A stretch of DNA of 63,974 nucleotides, filler included, from NCBI GenBank assembly GCA_964501035.1. It is 7 parts of 7 records of this genome, joined end to end, with 100 filler letters (N's around TTAATTAATTAA, not from the genome) between each part and the next. Parts side by side here need not be neighbours in the genome. Positions count along the whole stretch, not along the records: positions 41,490 to 51,371 come from CAZCRK010000063.1; positions 51,472 to 60,748 come from CAZCRK010000064.1; 5 more parts are not named here. One strand, 5' to 3'. This document shows, piece after piece, positions 49,129 through 60,591 of the stretch. Position numbers and translations under genes: made by a program. Numbering within the stretch: the first letter of the stretch is position 1; the number at the start of each line of letters is the position of its first letter. Below the pieces are notes generated by a model. It was not told where the DNA came from. It worked only from the letters and a program-made list of their open reading frames with translations, and did no database searches.

Positions 49129-50321
49129 CTCACCCCTATTGTATTTTAATTCATTATCATGAAATTTCAATCAAAGGTGATAATCGCCAATGGTTTGAAA
49201 AAATATTTGCCCGAAATGTACGAAAACATATCAAAGACTTACCTTCTACTTCTGTAGAAGTATTTGCTGCACGCGTACTTATTTACGGTGTGGATGAAAC
49301 AAGGTGGGATGCGTATTCCGACCGATTACGACAGGTGATGGGGCTCATGAATGCACATTTAGTGGTACGAGCTCCAGCGGAGTTGGAAACTATTAAATCT
49401 ATTTCAGCTGAGTTGATTCAACATAGAACCTTCGAAAATTTCAGAGTGTCTTCGCGTAGGCAGTACAAAAGCTTCCCATTAACATCGCATCAAATAAATA
49501 TGGAAGTGGGTGCACATTTACAACCACTTTGTGACAAACCTGTGAAATTAAAAGGTGCAGATCTCGATGTGAAGATTGAATTGGTAAAAGGCACTGCGTT
49601 CATTGGAGTAGATAAGATGCGAGGTTTTGGTGGTTTACCGGTAGGAAGTGGCGAAAAAGCAATCAGTTTGATTTCTTCAGGGATTGATTCTCCTGTTTCA
49701 TCTTTTGAAATGATAAAACGGGGGGTAAGTTTATCGTATGTGCATTTTCATAGCGCACCTGCCACAAACTTGCAGTCAATTCGGAATGTGAAAGAAATTT
49801 TAGGTGTTCTTGCGCAATATCAACTGCGATGTGAATTGTACAATATTCCATTATTGGATATTCAGCAAACAATAATGAATAATGCACCCAATAAATTGTG
49901 GGTGATTTTGTTTCGAAGAGCAATGGTACGGCTTGCAACAGATGTGGCGAACTCAATCCATGCACCTGCACTGATAACGGGTGAAAATGTAGGACAGGTT
50001 GCTTCTCAAACACTATCGAATATTCGAGCAACTGCTGATGCAACCGACTTGCCTATTTTGAGACCTCTTGCTGGAATGAATAAGGAAGACATTGTGAATA
50101 GAGCAAAAGAAATAAGTACATATGAAATTTCCATTGAACCCTATCAAGACTGTTGCTCATTTTTTGTCCCCATACACCCCGAAACCAAAGCAGATTTACA
50201 GACAGTCCAACGGATTGAATCCAATATTGATTTTGGTACCCAGTTTGAAGATGCAATTTCACATATGGAACGTGAAATGATTGTTGCAAAACAGCTACAG
50301 AAATTGACGGTAGAACAGTAA
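49125..50321 (+). CDS. thiI: tRNA 4-thiouridine(8) synthase
   Basis: THUMP domain, [37 protein letters not shown]. Confidence 0.93.
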   Translation: MTHPYCILIHYHEISIKGDNRQWFEKIFARNVRKHIKDLPSTSVEVFAARVLIYGVDETRWDAYSDRLRQVMGLMNAHLVVRAPAELETIKSISAELIQHRTFENFRVSSRRQYKSFPLTSHQINMEVGAHLQPLCDKPVKLKGADLDVKIELVKGTAFIGVDKMRGFGGLPVGSGEKAISLISSGIDSPVSSFEMIKRGVSLSYVHFHSAPATNLQSIRNVKEILGVLAQYQLRCELYNIPLLDIQQTIMNNAPNKLWVILFRRAMVRLATDVANSIHAPALITGENVGQVASQTLSNIRATADATDLPILRPLAGMNKEDIVNRAKEISTYEISIEPYQDCCSFFVPIHPETKADLQTVQRIESNIDFGTQFEDAISHMEREMIVAKQLQKLTVEQ

Positions 50322-51097
50322 TGAAAATTATATCTTGGAATGTAAATGGAATACGGGCTGTCATTAAAAAGGGATTTCTAGATTTTTTGAATGAACATGA
50401 CCCCGATATTATATGCCTTCAAGAAACCAAAGCACGCCCGGAACAAGTGGATGAAACATTTGATGCATATCCCTATAAATATTGGAATTCTGCTGAGAAA
50501 AAGGGATATTCTGGAACGGCAATTTTTTCCAAAGTAAAACCCCTGAATATTGCACATGGATTGGATATTCCAAAACATGATTCAGAAGGTCGAGTTATTA
50601 CTCTAGAATTTGAGAAGTATTACCTCGTTACAGTGTACACTCCCAATTCCAAACGTGGATTAGAACGATTAGACTATCGTACCCAAGAATGGGATGTTGA
50701 TTTTTTGGCATTTGTAAAATCATTGGAGCATGACAAACCCGTCGTTTTTTGTGGGGATTTAAATGTAGCACATACCGAAAATGATTTGGCAAACCCAAGT
50801 ACAAATAAAACCACTAAAACACGTCCGGGAAATGCAGGATTTACAGATCAAGAGCGTGAGAGTTTTGACAATATTGTTTCAGCAGGATTTGTAGATACAT
50901 TTCGGAGTTTTCATACCGGAAATGGTCATTATTCTTGGTGGAGTTATCGCGCCGGTGCACGCCAACGTAATATTGGCTGGAGGATTGATTATGTGTGTAT
51001 TTCTCCAAGCCTACTTCCCCAACTTCAAACTGCAAGTATTTTAGCAGATGTAATGGGGTCTGACCATGCTCCTGTGCAAATTGAAATTGATGTATAA
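50321..51097 (+). CDS. xth: Exodeoxyribonuclease III
   Basis: [32 protein letters not shown]. Confidence 0.96.
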   Translation: MKIISWNVNGIRAVIKKGFLDFLNEHDPDIICLQETKARPEQVDETFDAYPYKYWNSAEKKGYSGTAIFSKVKPLNIAHGLDIPKHDSEGRVITLEFEKYYLVTVYTPNSKRGLERLDYRTQEWDVDFLAFVKSLEHDKPVVFCGDLNVAHTENDLANPSTNKTTKTRPGNAGFTDQERESFDNIVSAGFVDTFRSFHTGNGHYSWWSYRAGARQRNIGWRIDYVCISPSLLPQLQTASILADVMGSDHAPVQIEIDV

Positions 51098-51371
51098 TGC
51101 TCTCACATGCACAAATAAAATTATTCAAATCTCTCAAACAAAAAAAATTTAGAGACAAAGAACAATTAATTTTGATTGAAGGATATCGCTTGGTTCAGGA
51201 GGCGGTTCAATCTAAAACTCCAATTCAAAATATTTGGGTGACAGAGGAATTTTCGCAAACCGAACAGGGTGAAAAAATTCTGAATACCTGCGCAGAACAT
51301 GATGTTAGGGTTGAACATGCTATGCCAAAAGAACTTGACAGAGTATGTGATAGCAAACATAATCAAGGGGT
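51097..51371 (+). CDS. TrmH/SpoU-family RNA methyltransferase, N-terminal fragment
   Basis: SLKQKKFR...IEGYRLVQEA...HNQG substrate-binding domain; cut by contig end. Confidence 0.8.
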
Positions 51372-51471
51372 NNNNNNNNNNNNNNNNNNNNNNNNNNNNN
51401 NNNNNNNNNNNNNNNTTAATTAATTAANNNNNNNNNNNNNNNNNNNNNNNNNNNNNNNNNNNNNNNNNNNN
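51372..51471. other. Artificial contig spacer
   Basis: N44-TTAATTAATTAA-N44. Confidence 0.99.
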
Positions 51472-52079
51472 GCATAATAGTCTTCATGAGATGTTTCAAA
51501 ATACAATTGGTCTTCAGCTGGAGTATCATTAAGATAGTTACCTTCACCTGTTTTATCTACTGCATCTTGAATTCCACCCCAAATAAAATAATCTACATCT
51601 TCTATAGGACTTTCAGCATTTCCATCCCATTTAAAAAGTATAATACTCTCTGAATCATTATCAATTTTATCAGAAGATAATCCAAACGATCCATCTTCTG
51701 TTTCAATCATAGAGTTGCTGTCTTCACCAAACAAAAATAAATCTGGTGTAACATCAGAATAAAACGAAGCAAAGTCTTCATTGAGTACTAATACAAGTGT
51801 ATCACTTGGATCAATATCAATATTAGGGAATCGTGCTGTAAATCCATTGACAAAATGTGAAGGACTCATATCTCCATCAGTTTGCATGGTATAATATTCA
51901 TTATCATCACAAATATAGTAATCAGCTAAGTTGATTGTTTCATCTGTAGGATTGATAATTGAAATGGATTCTGCTTCGTCTGGGGTTATTACTATTCGAC
52001 TCAACAATAAATGATCTGCCTGCTCTGAAAATACCAGAGCAGGCAGAATTAAAGACAACATTATGCCTATTTTTTTCAT
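51472..52079 (-). CDS. Lamin-tail-domain-like secreted protein, 3'-truncated
   Basis: HLLLSRIV...AESISIINPT...INLADYYICD, DVDYFIWG. Confidence 0.72.
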
Positions 52080-52104
52080 AATTACACCTTACGTAAAGTT
52101 TAAA

Positions 52105-54591
52105 CTAGCCAATAATTAGATTAACAACGGAAATTATATCTAAGACATTAACTATTCCATCACCATTTAAATCAGCATTGCATAATGCTTCTGAATCTGT
52201 AATTTGAGATGTGTCAATAATATGGTTTACAATCATTACAATATCTTGAACATTTACAAAACCGTCAATATTCACATCACCAGTTGGATTACATTCTTCA
52301 ACATTGCAACTAAAGTCATCGATATTTCTAGGTGAAATTTTAAATTCACTATAACTATACGTTACCACACCAGTAATGCATTCAAAGGTATCACCAACAT
52401 TGATTGTTGGAAAACTTCCATCAAAGTAATAATCATCCAGAATTGCAGTACCACTACCATCATTAAGATACCAGTTGTATTCATCTAATCCTTCAACAGA
52501 TACATTAGAAACCGTTACTAACATACTCTCTAACATCTCTCCTTCTAAAGAGCATGATGTTCCAATTTCGTTTGTTTCCAATGAAATTGGTGCAATATAA
52601 TTCCCTGTTGAAAGTGTTTCAAAAGATGTCACATCTATAAGCTGAGTAAAACTGTAGTATTCATTTACTGTTGCAGTTAATGAAATTTCATCACCAATTT
52701 GAGGATTTATAGAAGTATCATACACATAGATTCCGGCCCAAGATTCTAAACTAGGGTCTTGAAAGAAAAAGTTGGGATAATCACCGGGTTTAACTGCTGT
52801 CACAACCCCAGAAGTTAGCACAGTTTGTCCAACCATAGGAGTTTCATAACAATACTCACCTTGATCTACCGTATATTGAATATCATAAATAGTTGTTTGA
52901 CCAACTACATAGATTGAAATTTCATCTGTTGCTTCATTAATTTCATCATCCCAAACTGTAAGTCTAAAAGTAATAATATCGCTAGCATCTGGAGCTGTGA
53001 AAAATGTTGTTGGATTTTCTTCATCATCCAAAATCACAGGTGTGCCACCAATTTGCACCCACTCGTATGCAATAATGGAACCATTGGAATCATAACTACC
53101 ACTTCCATCGATAGTTACAACTGTTCCCGGGGAAACGGATTGATCACCTCCTGCATTCGCAACTGGCATTCCTTCCATGACATAGATAGACACATCTCCT
53201 TCATCTCGAGGTTCAATTTTATAATTATCATAGCTGTAATCAAGAGGACCTGTGACGTTATAAAACTGACCTTGTTCTGGTATAAATGCATACATTTTAT
53301 CATCTATTCTACATGCTCCAGTTCCATCATTAACTTCCCATTCACCATATCCTAAATCTGGATTTGTGCATTCTGCATTCATAACAGAAACCAAAACACC
53401 TTCGTACATTTCCATATTTGCTTCAGTAGTTGAAATACTTAGTGCATTAGGTAATGCATTACTATTTGAATGAACTACTTGTTCTGTAAGATAACCTATC
53501 TGCGTCTTTTCATAGGATTCTGCCACTGTTCCAACAACAGTCACTTCATCACCCAATTGAACTCCATGGTTATCTTCAGCATAAATATAAATTCCATTCC
53601 ATGCACCTTCTCCATCTTGCAACCAATAATAGTAATCGCCAACTGCTGTAGCAATACCTGTTGTGGATACTAATTGATCTACATAGGGTGAAATTCCAGT
53701 ACCATCAGTTGAATATTGAATATCATAAATTGAAATATTATCTAAAATATAAACCGTTACATTCACTTCATCAGAATCAAAGTTATTACCATCATCAACA
53801 ACGGTTAATTCAAATGTCCACGTTGTTGTTTCTGTAACGTTGGGTACTTCAAACGTTACTACTGCCTCAGAATCAGAACTTAAATCAACATTTGGTCCTG
53901 CAGTTTGCTCCCATACAAAAGAAACAATGCTTCCGTCAAAATCAGAACTTAAACTTCCATCTAACGTAACCAAATCACCAGATTCAACAACTACATCTTC
54001 ACCTGCATTAGCATTTGGTGGGAAGTCTGCTGATGCATCCAAAGATTGACCATCATTTATGGTTCCAGGAGAATTAGTCATCACAGTCCAAGGAGAACTA
54101 TCTACACCCAATCTTCCAATTGAAAGTCCTTCTCCACCTTCCCAAAATTCGTCATCAGAATCGTTGGGCGTAGCTTCTTCCATAGTACCACCCTCTGAGT
54201 CATTCATTGTACCTGCATATGATACAGCATCTATCAATTGGCCGTTTACCCAGAGTTCAACTCCATCAGGGTTTCCATTTTGAATTGCATTTGTTGATGG
54301 AAATCCAGATGTGAAATCAACATTCGGAATTGAAGATGTTCCAATTACATAGAATCCATAGCCTTGACTCTCATCATTTAAAGATACTGTACCTAAATTA
54401 TATGACCCGTATTCAGAATTATTATTTCCATTAATAAGTATAAGATTTACATTTGAATAAGATCCAGCAGGTCCAGATAATTCAATAAATTCACTCGCAT
54501 CAGTTGACGGTTGATCATAATCAATTTCATTAATAAATAGTTGAGCAGACAGTATTGTACTTAATCCAATTATTACCATTATTTTTTTCAT
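52105..54591 (-). CDS. Secreted protein: LTD + 2x(PKD + OB-fold-like pair) + C-terminal dockerin-like domain
   Basis: FINEIDYD...EFIEL; ANAGED/ANAGGD PKD; IYDIQY...TGIATAV / SGVVTAV; GDVNIDGFVNVQD...ADLNGDGIVNVLD. Confidence 0.82.
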   Translation of the reverse strand: MKKIMVIIGLSTILSAQLFINEIDYDQPSTDASEFIELSGPAGSYSNVNLILINGNNNSEYGSYNLGTVSLNDESQGYGFYVIGTSSIPNVDFTSGFPSTNAIQNGNPDGVELWVNGQLIDAVSYAGTMNDSEGGTMEEATPNDSDDEFWEGGEGLSIGRLGVDSSPWTVMTNSPGTINDGQSLDASADFPPNANAGEDVVVESGDLVTLDGSLSSDFDGSIVSFVWEQTAGPNVDLSSDSEAVVTFEVPNVTETTTWTFELTVVDDGNNFDSDEVNVTVYILDNISIYDIQYSTDGTGISPYVDQLVSTTGIATAVGDYYYWLQDGEGAWNGIYIYAEDNHGVQLGDEVTVVGTVAESYEKTQIGYLTEQVVHSNSNALPNALSISTTEANMEMYEGVLVSVMNAECTNPDLGYGEWEVNDGTGACRIDDKMYAFIPEQGQFYNVTGPLDYSYDNYKIEPRDEGDVSIYVMEGMPVANAGGDQSVSPGTVVTIDGSGSYDSNGSIIAYEWVQIGGTPVILDDEENPTTFFTAPDASDIITFRLTVWDDEINEATDEISIYVVGQTTIYDIQYTVDQGEYCYETPMVGQTVLTSGVVTAVKPGDYPNFFFQDPSLESWAGIYVYDTSINPQIGDEISLTATVNEYYSFTQLIDVTSFETLSTGNYIAPISLETNEIGTSCSLEGEMLESMLVTVSNVSVEGLDEYNWYLNDGSGTAILDDYYFDGSFPTINVGDTFECITGVVTYSYSEFKISPRNIDDFSCNVEECNPTGDVNIDGFVNVQDIVMIVNHIIDTSQITDSEALCNADLNGDGIVNVLDIISVVNLIIG

Positions 54592-54614
54592 ATTTTTCTC
54601 CAATTTGAATATCG

Positions 54615-54649
54615 AAAAAGATGCCCCACCAAATTAGCAGGGCATCTTT
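54615..54649 (-). terminator. Intrinsic terminator between LTD genes
   Basis: AAAGATGCCC...GGGCATCTTT stem with T-run on the minus strand. Confidence 0.7.
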
Positions 54650-54667
54650 AACGAGTTGATTATTTTA

Positions 54668-57600
54668 TTATCTGAGAAGTGTTAATTTTTGAGTATTAAC
54701 ACTATTACCACTGGTTAATCGAGCAATATAAATACCGCTTGGAACATCACTTCCAGACATATTTTGCCCACTCCAAACAACCGAATATCCTTCATTAGCA
54801 TTTAACTCTGAGTTAACTAATTCAGATACTTTCTGTCCCAATAAATCGTAAATCGTTAAATTCACAAAACCATCAACTGCAATATCAAAATTAATTGTAG
54901 TTTGTGGATTAAATGGGTTTGGGAATGATGAGAGCAAGTTCATAGAAGATGGTGTTAACTCAGTTTCATCAGAACTCACAACCAAGGCGTTAGATGGATT
55001 TGAATCAAATGTGAACATTTGTGTTTCAAGTTTACCATTCAGACTATAAATGATAGTTGTTCCGTTACCATATGCAACAACATCGTTACCTATAACATTA
55101 GATACCAATTTACCTTCAACTTGAATACCTGCTACAGCTCCTGATGTTTGGATAGTATTATTGTAGATGTTGAATGAAGCATCACTATCAATTCTTCCGC
55201 CACCTAAAATTAAATTAACAATACCAATTATATCCGTTACATTCACTATACCATCCGCATTGAAATCAGAAGTTGATATTTGACAATCATCCCATCCTGC
55301 ATCTGCAGGGAATAAGATATAGTTTACAATACCCACAATATCAGTCACATTCACAGTGCCATCACATGTTAAATCACCAGAAGCACAATCACATGGTGGA
55401 GCAAATTCGTGCGGATGTGAACCTAGGTAATCCCATGTGTTTTGGTCAAGTACAACCCATTCAGAATCATCAGCATCTGTTCCAGCCGAAGAAGCCCAAT
55501 CAGTATTTCCTGTAGCTACACTCGCTTTACGAACTAGAGTATGATCTTTTGTTGCATTAGAAACACCCGCAACTTCCCAACCTGAACCTGGATCATCACC
55601 GGTTGTCCCAATTATATCAAGTACGGTACCACTACCAATTTGTGTAAGTGCGAATACATCATCACCATTACTCAAATATGTAAAGTTTTGATCACATTCA
55701 GCTAAAATAAACTCATCTGAAGATTGATGACACACAACAAACACATCACCTGCTGTTAATATAGTTCCAGCTTCAAATGTAACATTATCTGCATAATCCC
55801 AAACATCCGTTTCATTGCAACCATTTGAGCAACTAGAAAGTGAGTAGCCACTTAAATCAACATCACTATCTGAAGCATTATAAATTTCTAGGTATTTATT
55901 GTTACTTGAACCTTCAGCTGCTTCTGAGAAAAATAAGTTTGCTGGTTCAGGCCATTCATAAATACATGACCCATCATCTTCAGTTGCATTTTCATCATAA
56001 TTCAATGCTGATTCATCAGTACATCCTAATATAACTTCTGGACATGCATCACATGATTCCCAACAAACGGTATCAAGAACCATATCATCTTCACCTACTA
56101 TTAATACACGGTCATTACCATAGTTTCCTCCAGCACATTCACCCAAGTTGTCACCAGATTCATATCCTGAATTATTAAAATTATAACCGTATTCATATCC
56201 AATCGTTAATGCAGTTGCATAAGTGAACACAAAATCACCATCAACATCGCTCATTAAAACCCAATCAGATGGATTATATTCACCATTTACCGTAGCAACT
56301 CTAAAAGTAACATCGCCACTTACTTCAGATAAACTCATGTCAACAGAGAATTCAACAATAACAGAACAAGAAGAACCGTCACCTTCACATACACCACAAT
56401 CATCTTCAACGGCCGAACCACCACATTCACCTAGACAATCATTAAAAAGACAACTTCCGTCATCTTCCGTTGCATCTGGATCAAAATTACATGCTAATTC
56501 ATCAGTACACCCTGCAGAACTAAAATCATGTGGATGTGATCCAATATAATCCCAAGTATTTTGGTCAAAAACTAACCATTCAGAATCATCTGAGGTTGTT
56601 CCCGCAGAAAGCGCCCAATCCGTATTTCCTGAAACAACTTCCGATTTTCTAACAAGGGTATGGTCTTTAGTTGCATTTGAAACACCTGCAACTTCCCAAC
56701 CAGAACCTGGGTCTTCACCTATTGCCCCATACACATCTAACAATTCACCTGTTAATGCATAAACTAATCCTTGTGCATCATCGCCATTGTGGTATAATGT
56801 TCTTGTTTCATCACAAAATGGTAAAATTCCTTCAGCATCAGCACTTGAGTGACAAACAACATATACATCACCAGCTTCAACAACTGCACCCTCAGCAAAT
56901 GTATTGGTATATTCCCAATCATCACAACCATTTGAACAGTTAACAAAATTATAGTTTGCTAAATCTACAGCTGAATCTGAGGCATTATAAATTTCAAAAT
57001 ATTTGTTACTACTTGAACCTTCAGCATGTTCAGAGAAAAATAAGTTTGCTGCTGGGTCAGCACATGCTGAACCATTTCCGCCACACTCACCACATTCATC
57101 ATATTCAGCATCACCACCACAAACACCAGCACAATCAAAATCTACGATACAATTTCCATCACAATCAAAACCATATTCAGGATATTCACATGCTCCATCA
57201 GCCATGAAATTACATGCACTTTCATCTTCGCATTGTAGAATGATAATCTCTTCTGCACCAATCCATGCACCGGGATCAAATCCTTCAGGAGCGTATTGAT
57301 TACCATCACCACCACCTGAATCATTATCTACATTCCATTCAGATACATCCCAAACAGGATTCGCTGCCGTAACAAATTCAGCTCTTTCAGCACGACCATC
57401 TTCAAATTCATGTCCTGTACCCGTTCCATCTTCGCCTGGAACACCAAAAATATCAACAATTCCAGTTCCATCTAATAACGCCATATTATCATCACCATTA
57501 GAGTCTGCAAACCCCCCTGTTCCAATATCTTGATCACAGGTTAGACCATAAGTTGTGTTATATTTAGCTGCATCATTACATATTATATAGAAACCACCTG

Positions 57601-57841
57601 CTGATACAGTACCAGTTAGCTCAACAATACTTGATGCTGTTGGGTCTGTATTTGCATTTGTCCATCTTTGTACACTATATGTTGATAAATCAACAGCTGA
57701 ATCACCATTATTATATAATTCAACAAATCGACCTGCATCAGATGAATTTTGTGGATCAGAAAGTTCTGTCATAAATACATCAGCAAAAGATATTGAAGAA
57801 ATAATCAATGAAATGAAAGTTAATCGGATAATTGGAATCAT
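54668..57841 (-). CDS. Secreted protein: 3 LTD domains, Cys-rich repeats, dockerin-like domain, T9SS CTD
   Basis: FMTEL / LFFSE...EIYN LTDs; DCAGVCGG and GCTDE..CN...ATEDDGSC repeats; GDLTCDGTVNVTD; FPNPFNP...SGIYIARL...KLTLLR. Confidence 0.88.
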   Translation of the reverse strand: MIPIIRLTFISLIISSISFADVFMTELSDPQNSSDAGRFVELYNNGDSAVDLSTYSVQRWTNANTDPTASSIVELTGTVSAGGFYIICNDAAKYNTTYGLTCDQDIGTGGFADSNGDDNMALLDGTGIVDIFGVPGEDGTGTGHEFEDGRAERAEFVTAANPVWDVSEWNVDNDSGGGDGNQYAPEGFDPGAWIGAEEIIILQCEDESACNFMADGACEYPEYGFDCDGNCIVDFDCAGVCGGDAEYDECGECGGNGSACADPAANLFFSEHAEGSSSNKYFEIYNASDSAVDLANYNFVNCSNGCDDWEYTNTFAEGAVVEAGDVYVVCHSSADAEGILPFCDETRTLYHNGDDAQGLVYALTGELLDVYGAIGEDPGSGWEVAGVSNATKDHTLVRKSEVVSGNTDWALSAGTTSDDSEWLVFDQNTWDYIGSHPHDFSSAGCTDELACNFDPDATEDDGSCLFNDCLGECGGSAVEDDCGVCEGDGSSCSVIVEFSVDMSLSEVSGDVTFRVATVNGEYNPSDWVLMSDVDGDFVFTYATALTIGYEYGYNFNNSGYESGDNLGECAGGNYGNDRVLIVGEDDMVLDTVCWESCDACPEVILGCTDESALNYDENATEDDGSCIYEWPEPANLFFSEAAEGSSNNKYLEIYNASDSDVDLSGYSLSSCSNGCNETDVWDYADNVTFEAGTILTAGDVFVVCHQSSDEFILAECDQNFTYLSNGDDVFALTQIGSGTVLDIIGTTGDDPGSGWEVAGVSNATKDHTLVRKASVATGNTDWASSAGTDADDSEWVVLDQNTWDYLGSHPHEFAPPCDCASGDLTCDGTVNVTDIVGIVNYILFPADAGWDDCQISTSDFNADGIVNVTDIIGIVNLILGGGRIDSDASFNIYNNTIQTSGAVAGIQVEGKLVSNVIGNDVVAYGNGTTIIYSLNGKLETQMFTFDSNPSNALVVSSDETELTPSSMNLLSSFPNPFNPQTTINFDIAVDGFVNLTIYDLLGQKVSELVNSELNANEGYSVVWSGQNMSGSDVPSGIYIARLTSGNSVNTQKLTLLR

Positions 57842-58001
57842 TATCGCCCTCCTTGTTTTATTTTAGGTTAAGAAACGCACACAATCGAAGAAGTAATTTA
57901 ACTAATTGTAACTATATTTTCTAAATAAAATAATTCAAAAAGGTAGTAATTATTTTATCATACGATCAGTTTGGGATTTATATGATTTTGTTTTAGCTAT
58001 A

Positions 58002-58793
58002 CTAACGAACAATTCCACTAAGCTTTACAAACTCATATCCCATTTCTTTATACTTTGGGATAAATTCTTGAAGCTGAGTGAGTGTAATATGCTTCACATG
58101 ACCAATTCCAATAGCAACATCCATTATATGGGATAATTTTCGCAAGCTATCTAATTGAGATGCAATATGTTGTGGAGTTTCAACATGGTCTAAAAAAACT
58201 TGTCGGAGTTCGGTTTTAACACCATACCTGCGCATTGTGATAAATGCTCTACTTTCTGGATTCGTGAAGCTATCAAGAAAAAACTTATCTTCAGATTTTA
58301 ATGTTCTAGCTAAATTTTTCATGAGCTGTAGGTTTTCAGTAGCTTTAGATCCCTGGTGATTGTTCATCCCAATCGATGTAGGAATTTCAACAAATGCATT
58401 ACGAACACGAAACGCTACTTCTTCAGCATTTAAATTTTCAGTTAGGATATACTCTTTTTCACTAATTCCATCATATTCGTTTGGCTCCATAGGAAGATGA
58501 ATAATTGTTTCTAAGTTTAAGCTATCAGCAATCTCACCCACTTGTTTACTAAAATTGTGTCCAGGAATAATTGCTAAAGTTATGCTTTCATCTAGATTCA
58601 TAAATGCTTGAATTGTATCATTCAATGCATAACCAAAATCATCAATGACTAAACAAATTTTTCCCTTAGGTTGTTGAGGTGAATTACCACTATTAAAGAC
58701 AATATAGCCAATCAGTACACCAACGAGTGATACTAATATTATCCTTTTAAAAGGTACGTTTTGTTTTAATTGTGTGAAATCTAGTAGTGCCAA
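58002..58793 (-). CDS. Divergent polysaccharide deacetylase (YibQ family)
   Basis: VIDDFG, IIHLPMEP, GMNNHQGSKAT, FFLDSFT, VFLD, AIGIGH. Confidence 0.9.
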   Translation of the reverse strand: MALLDFTQLKQNVPFKRIILVSLVGVLIGYIVFNSGNSPQQPKGKICLVIDDFGYALNDTIQAFMNLDESITLAIIPGHNFSKQVGEIADSLNLETIIHLPMEPNEYDGISEKEYILTENLNAEEVAFRVRNAFVEIPTSIGMNNHQGSKATENLQLMKNLARTLKSEDKFFLDSFTNPESRAFITMRRYGVKTELRQVFLDHVETPQHIASQLDSLRKLSHIMDVAIGIGHVKHITLTQLQEFIPKYKEMGYEFVKLSGIVR

Positions 58794-59629
58794 CGTATTT
58801 CAAAATATTGAGGTGTTTCAAACACTTCTTCCTCATGGAATAAAACGCCATAATGCATTGACCAGTCGGAAACTTTCAAAGAAAATCCTGCTGAAAAATC
58901 ATTATAGTATTCAGAAATACTCTTCCCAATTTGAAAATTTACATATTTCCATTGGGTTTGAGTGGCAATTTTAATCATTTCCCCATGCTGTGCATCTACA
59001 ATCAAATCAGATAAAATCTGACTTTTTATTGATGGAACATATAACCCAAAACCAATTCCACCTTTTACAGGTAAATGAGATCTCAATTCACTATTAGATA
59101 ACCACCCCATATTTTTCACAACAACTCCCCATTTTAGATGTTGCGTAATTATATCTTCATACCCAATTTGAATGGTTGTTGCAAATTGAGAATCAATTAC
59201 AAGACGCGCCATACTAGTTTGTAACTGAATTCCCACTTTACCTGTTTTGCCCATACTAAATCCAGTTGTAGTAGATGCCGAAACCCAATGCACACCAAAT
59301 ATACCTTCTGGATTATCGTTAGGGACATCACCCCATAATTCTAAATCATCTACATTAAGGGATTCAATTGAAAATGCAAAATCCAACCATTTATGAAAGT
59401 GAGTTGATGCTTGTTGGCCAGATAAACCACCTAACCAATTATTACTGGAAAAACCAATATATGCTTTTTCGCTTAAAATGGAAGTTGGGTTAATTTTTAC
59501 ATCAATCCCTCCTGCTATTCCTGTTGAGGTAACTGACAAAGTATGTGCGTTAGATGGAATGTTCATTGCTTGCATTCCTACTGCCCATGAGATTCCAAAA
59601 TAAACTAAAACGGTAAAAATGTTTTTCAT
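58781..59629 (-). CDS. Divergent PorV/PorQ-like outer-membrane protein
   Basis: Signal peptide, NPTSI, VVKNMG...LP motif, C-terminal FEIRWHY; start 59629 overlaps the upstream TAA. Confidence 0.65.
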   Translation of the reverse strand: MKNIFTVLVYFGISWAVGMQAMNIPSNAHTLSVTSTGIAGGIDVKINPTSILSEKAYIGFSSNNWLGGLSGQQASTHFHKWLDFAFSIESLNVDDLELWGDVPNDNPEGIFGVHWVSASTTTGFSMGKTGKVGIQLQTSMARLVIDSQFATTIQIGYEDIITQHLKWGVVVKNMGWLSNSELRSHLPVKGGIGFGLYVPSIKSQILSDLIVDAQHGEMIKIATQTQWKYVNFQIGKSISEYYNDFSAGFSLKVSDWSMHYGVLFHEEEVFETPQYFEIRWHY

Positions 59630-60591
59630 TATAATTCCATTGTCCATGTAAATAAGTGACTCATTCCTTCATTCTCAGAACCATAATCGAAAGAATAATC
59701 AAAGTTAATGATATAGTTTTTCCACACTGTAATAGGTAATCCTATTCCAAAGGATGGTTCGAAGTTAAATACTAGTGTCTCATCTGAAAACTTAGAATCA
59801 TACTTCTGTTTTATACCCATTCTGAATGCGAATTTATCATTATATAAATATTCAACACCACCTCTTAATCGAGTTGTCATATCTTGATTTGGTGGTGCAA
59901 TCAAATCAATCTGAGACAATACTTTGAAATTATTATTCCACATATATCGGCTTCCAATCAACCATGTTTTAGGAAGTTCTTCAATATAATCTGATGCATC
60001 ACCATCGTTATTTACATCAATTTTCCATTGATAAAATCCGAATAAATTTTGGTTAAACACTCCCAATTGTAATCTATCATTAATCGAGACTCTAACTCCA
60101 AAATCCATTGCAATACTTTTTGTATTATATTCTTCAGTAAGTTCGTTTAAAATCATGCGTACATTCAAGCCCAATGATACTCTTTTTGAAAATGAAACCC
60201 CAAAGGACAGCATTCCAAACATTTCTGAAACAGAATAATTTTCTGTAAATTCATTTAAAGAATTAGTACCACGAATATTGGTTGTACCTGAACGAAAAAA
60301 TGATATTGCAACTGATGCTTTTGGTGGGAGTGGTTTAGTAAATGAAAATGTTTGAATAGACCTGTCCAATGACATACTAAAATACGATAATCCCAATTGA
60401 TTTTGTTTTACTAATGGTAATAAGGCTGGGTTTGAAAATTGTTGATATCCTGCGTTTTGCTCAGCTACCATTGCACCACCCAATGATTTTTCTCGTGCAT
60501 TGGAAGCATATCGGAAACTGGCTCCAGCATAACCACCGCCAAAGTCAGCAGATAAAATTCCAATTAGTAATCCTATTACCCAAAACTTCAT
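59629..60591 (-). CDS. PorV/PorQ-family outer-membrane protein
   Basis: NAREKSLGGA...NPALL, DFGV, GVEY, FDYSF...SHLFTW; start reassigned to ATG 60591. Confidence 0.8.
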   Translation of the reverse strand: MKFWVIGLLIGILSADFGGGYAGASFRYASNAREKSLGGAMVAEQNAGYQQFSNPALLPLVKQNQLGLSYFSMSLDRSIQTFSFTKPLPPKASVAISFFRSGTTNIRGTNSLNEFTENYSVSEMFGMLSFGVSFSKRVSLGLNVRMILNELTEEYNTKSIAMDFGVRVSINDRLQLGVFNQNLFGFYQWKIDVNNDGDASDYIEELPKTWLIGSRYMWNNNFKVLSQIDLIAPPNQDMTTRLRGGVEYLYNDKFAFRMGIKQKYDSKFSDETLVFNFEPSFGIGLPITVWKNYIINFDYSFDYGSENEGMSHLFTWTMEL

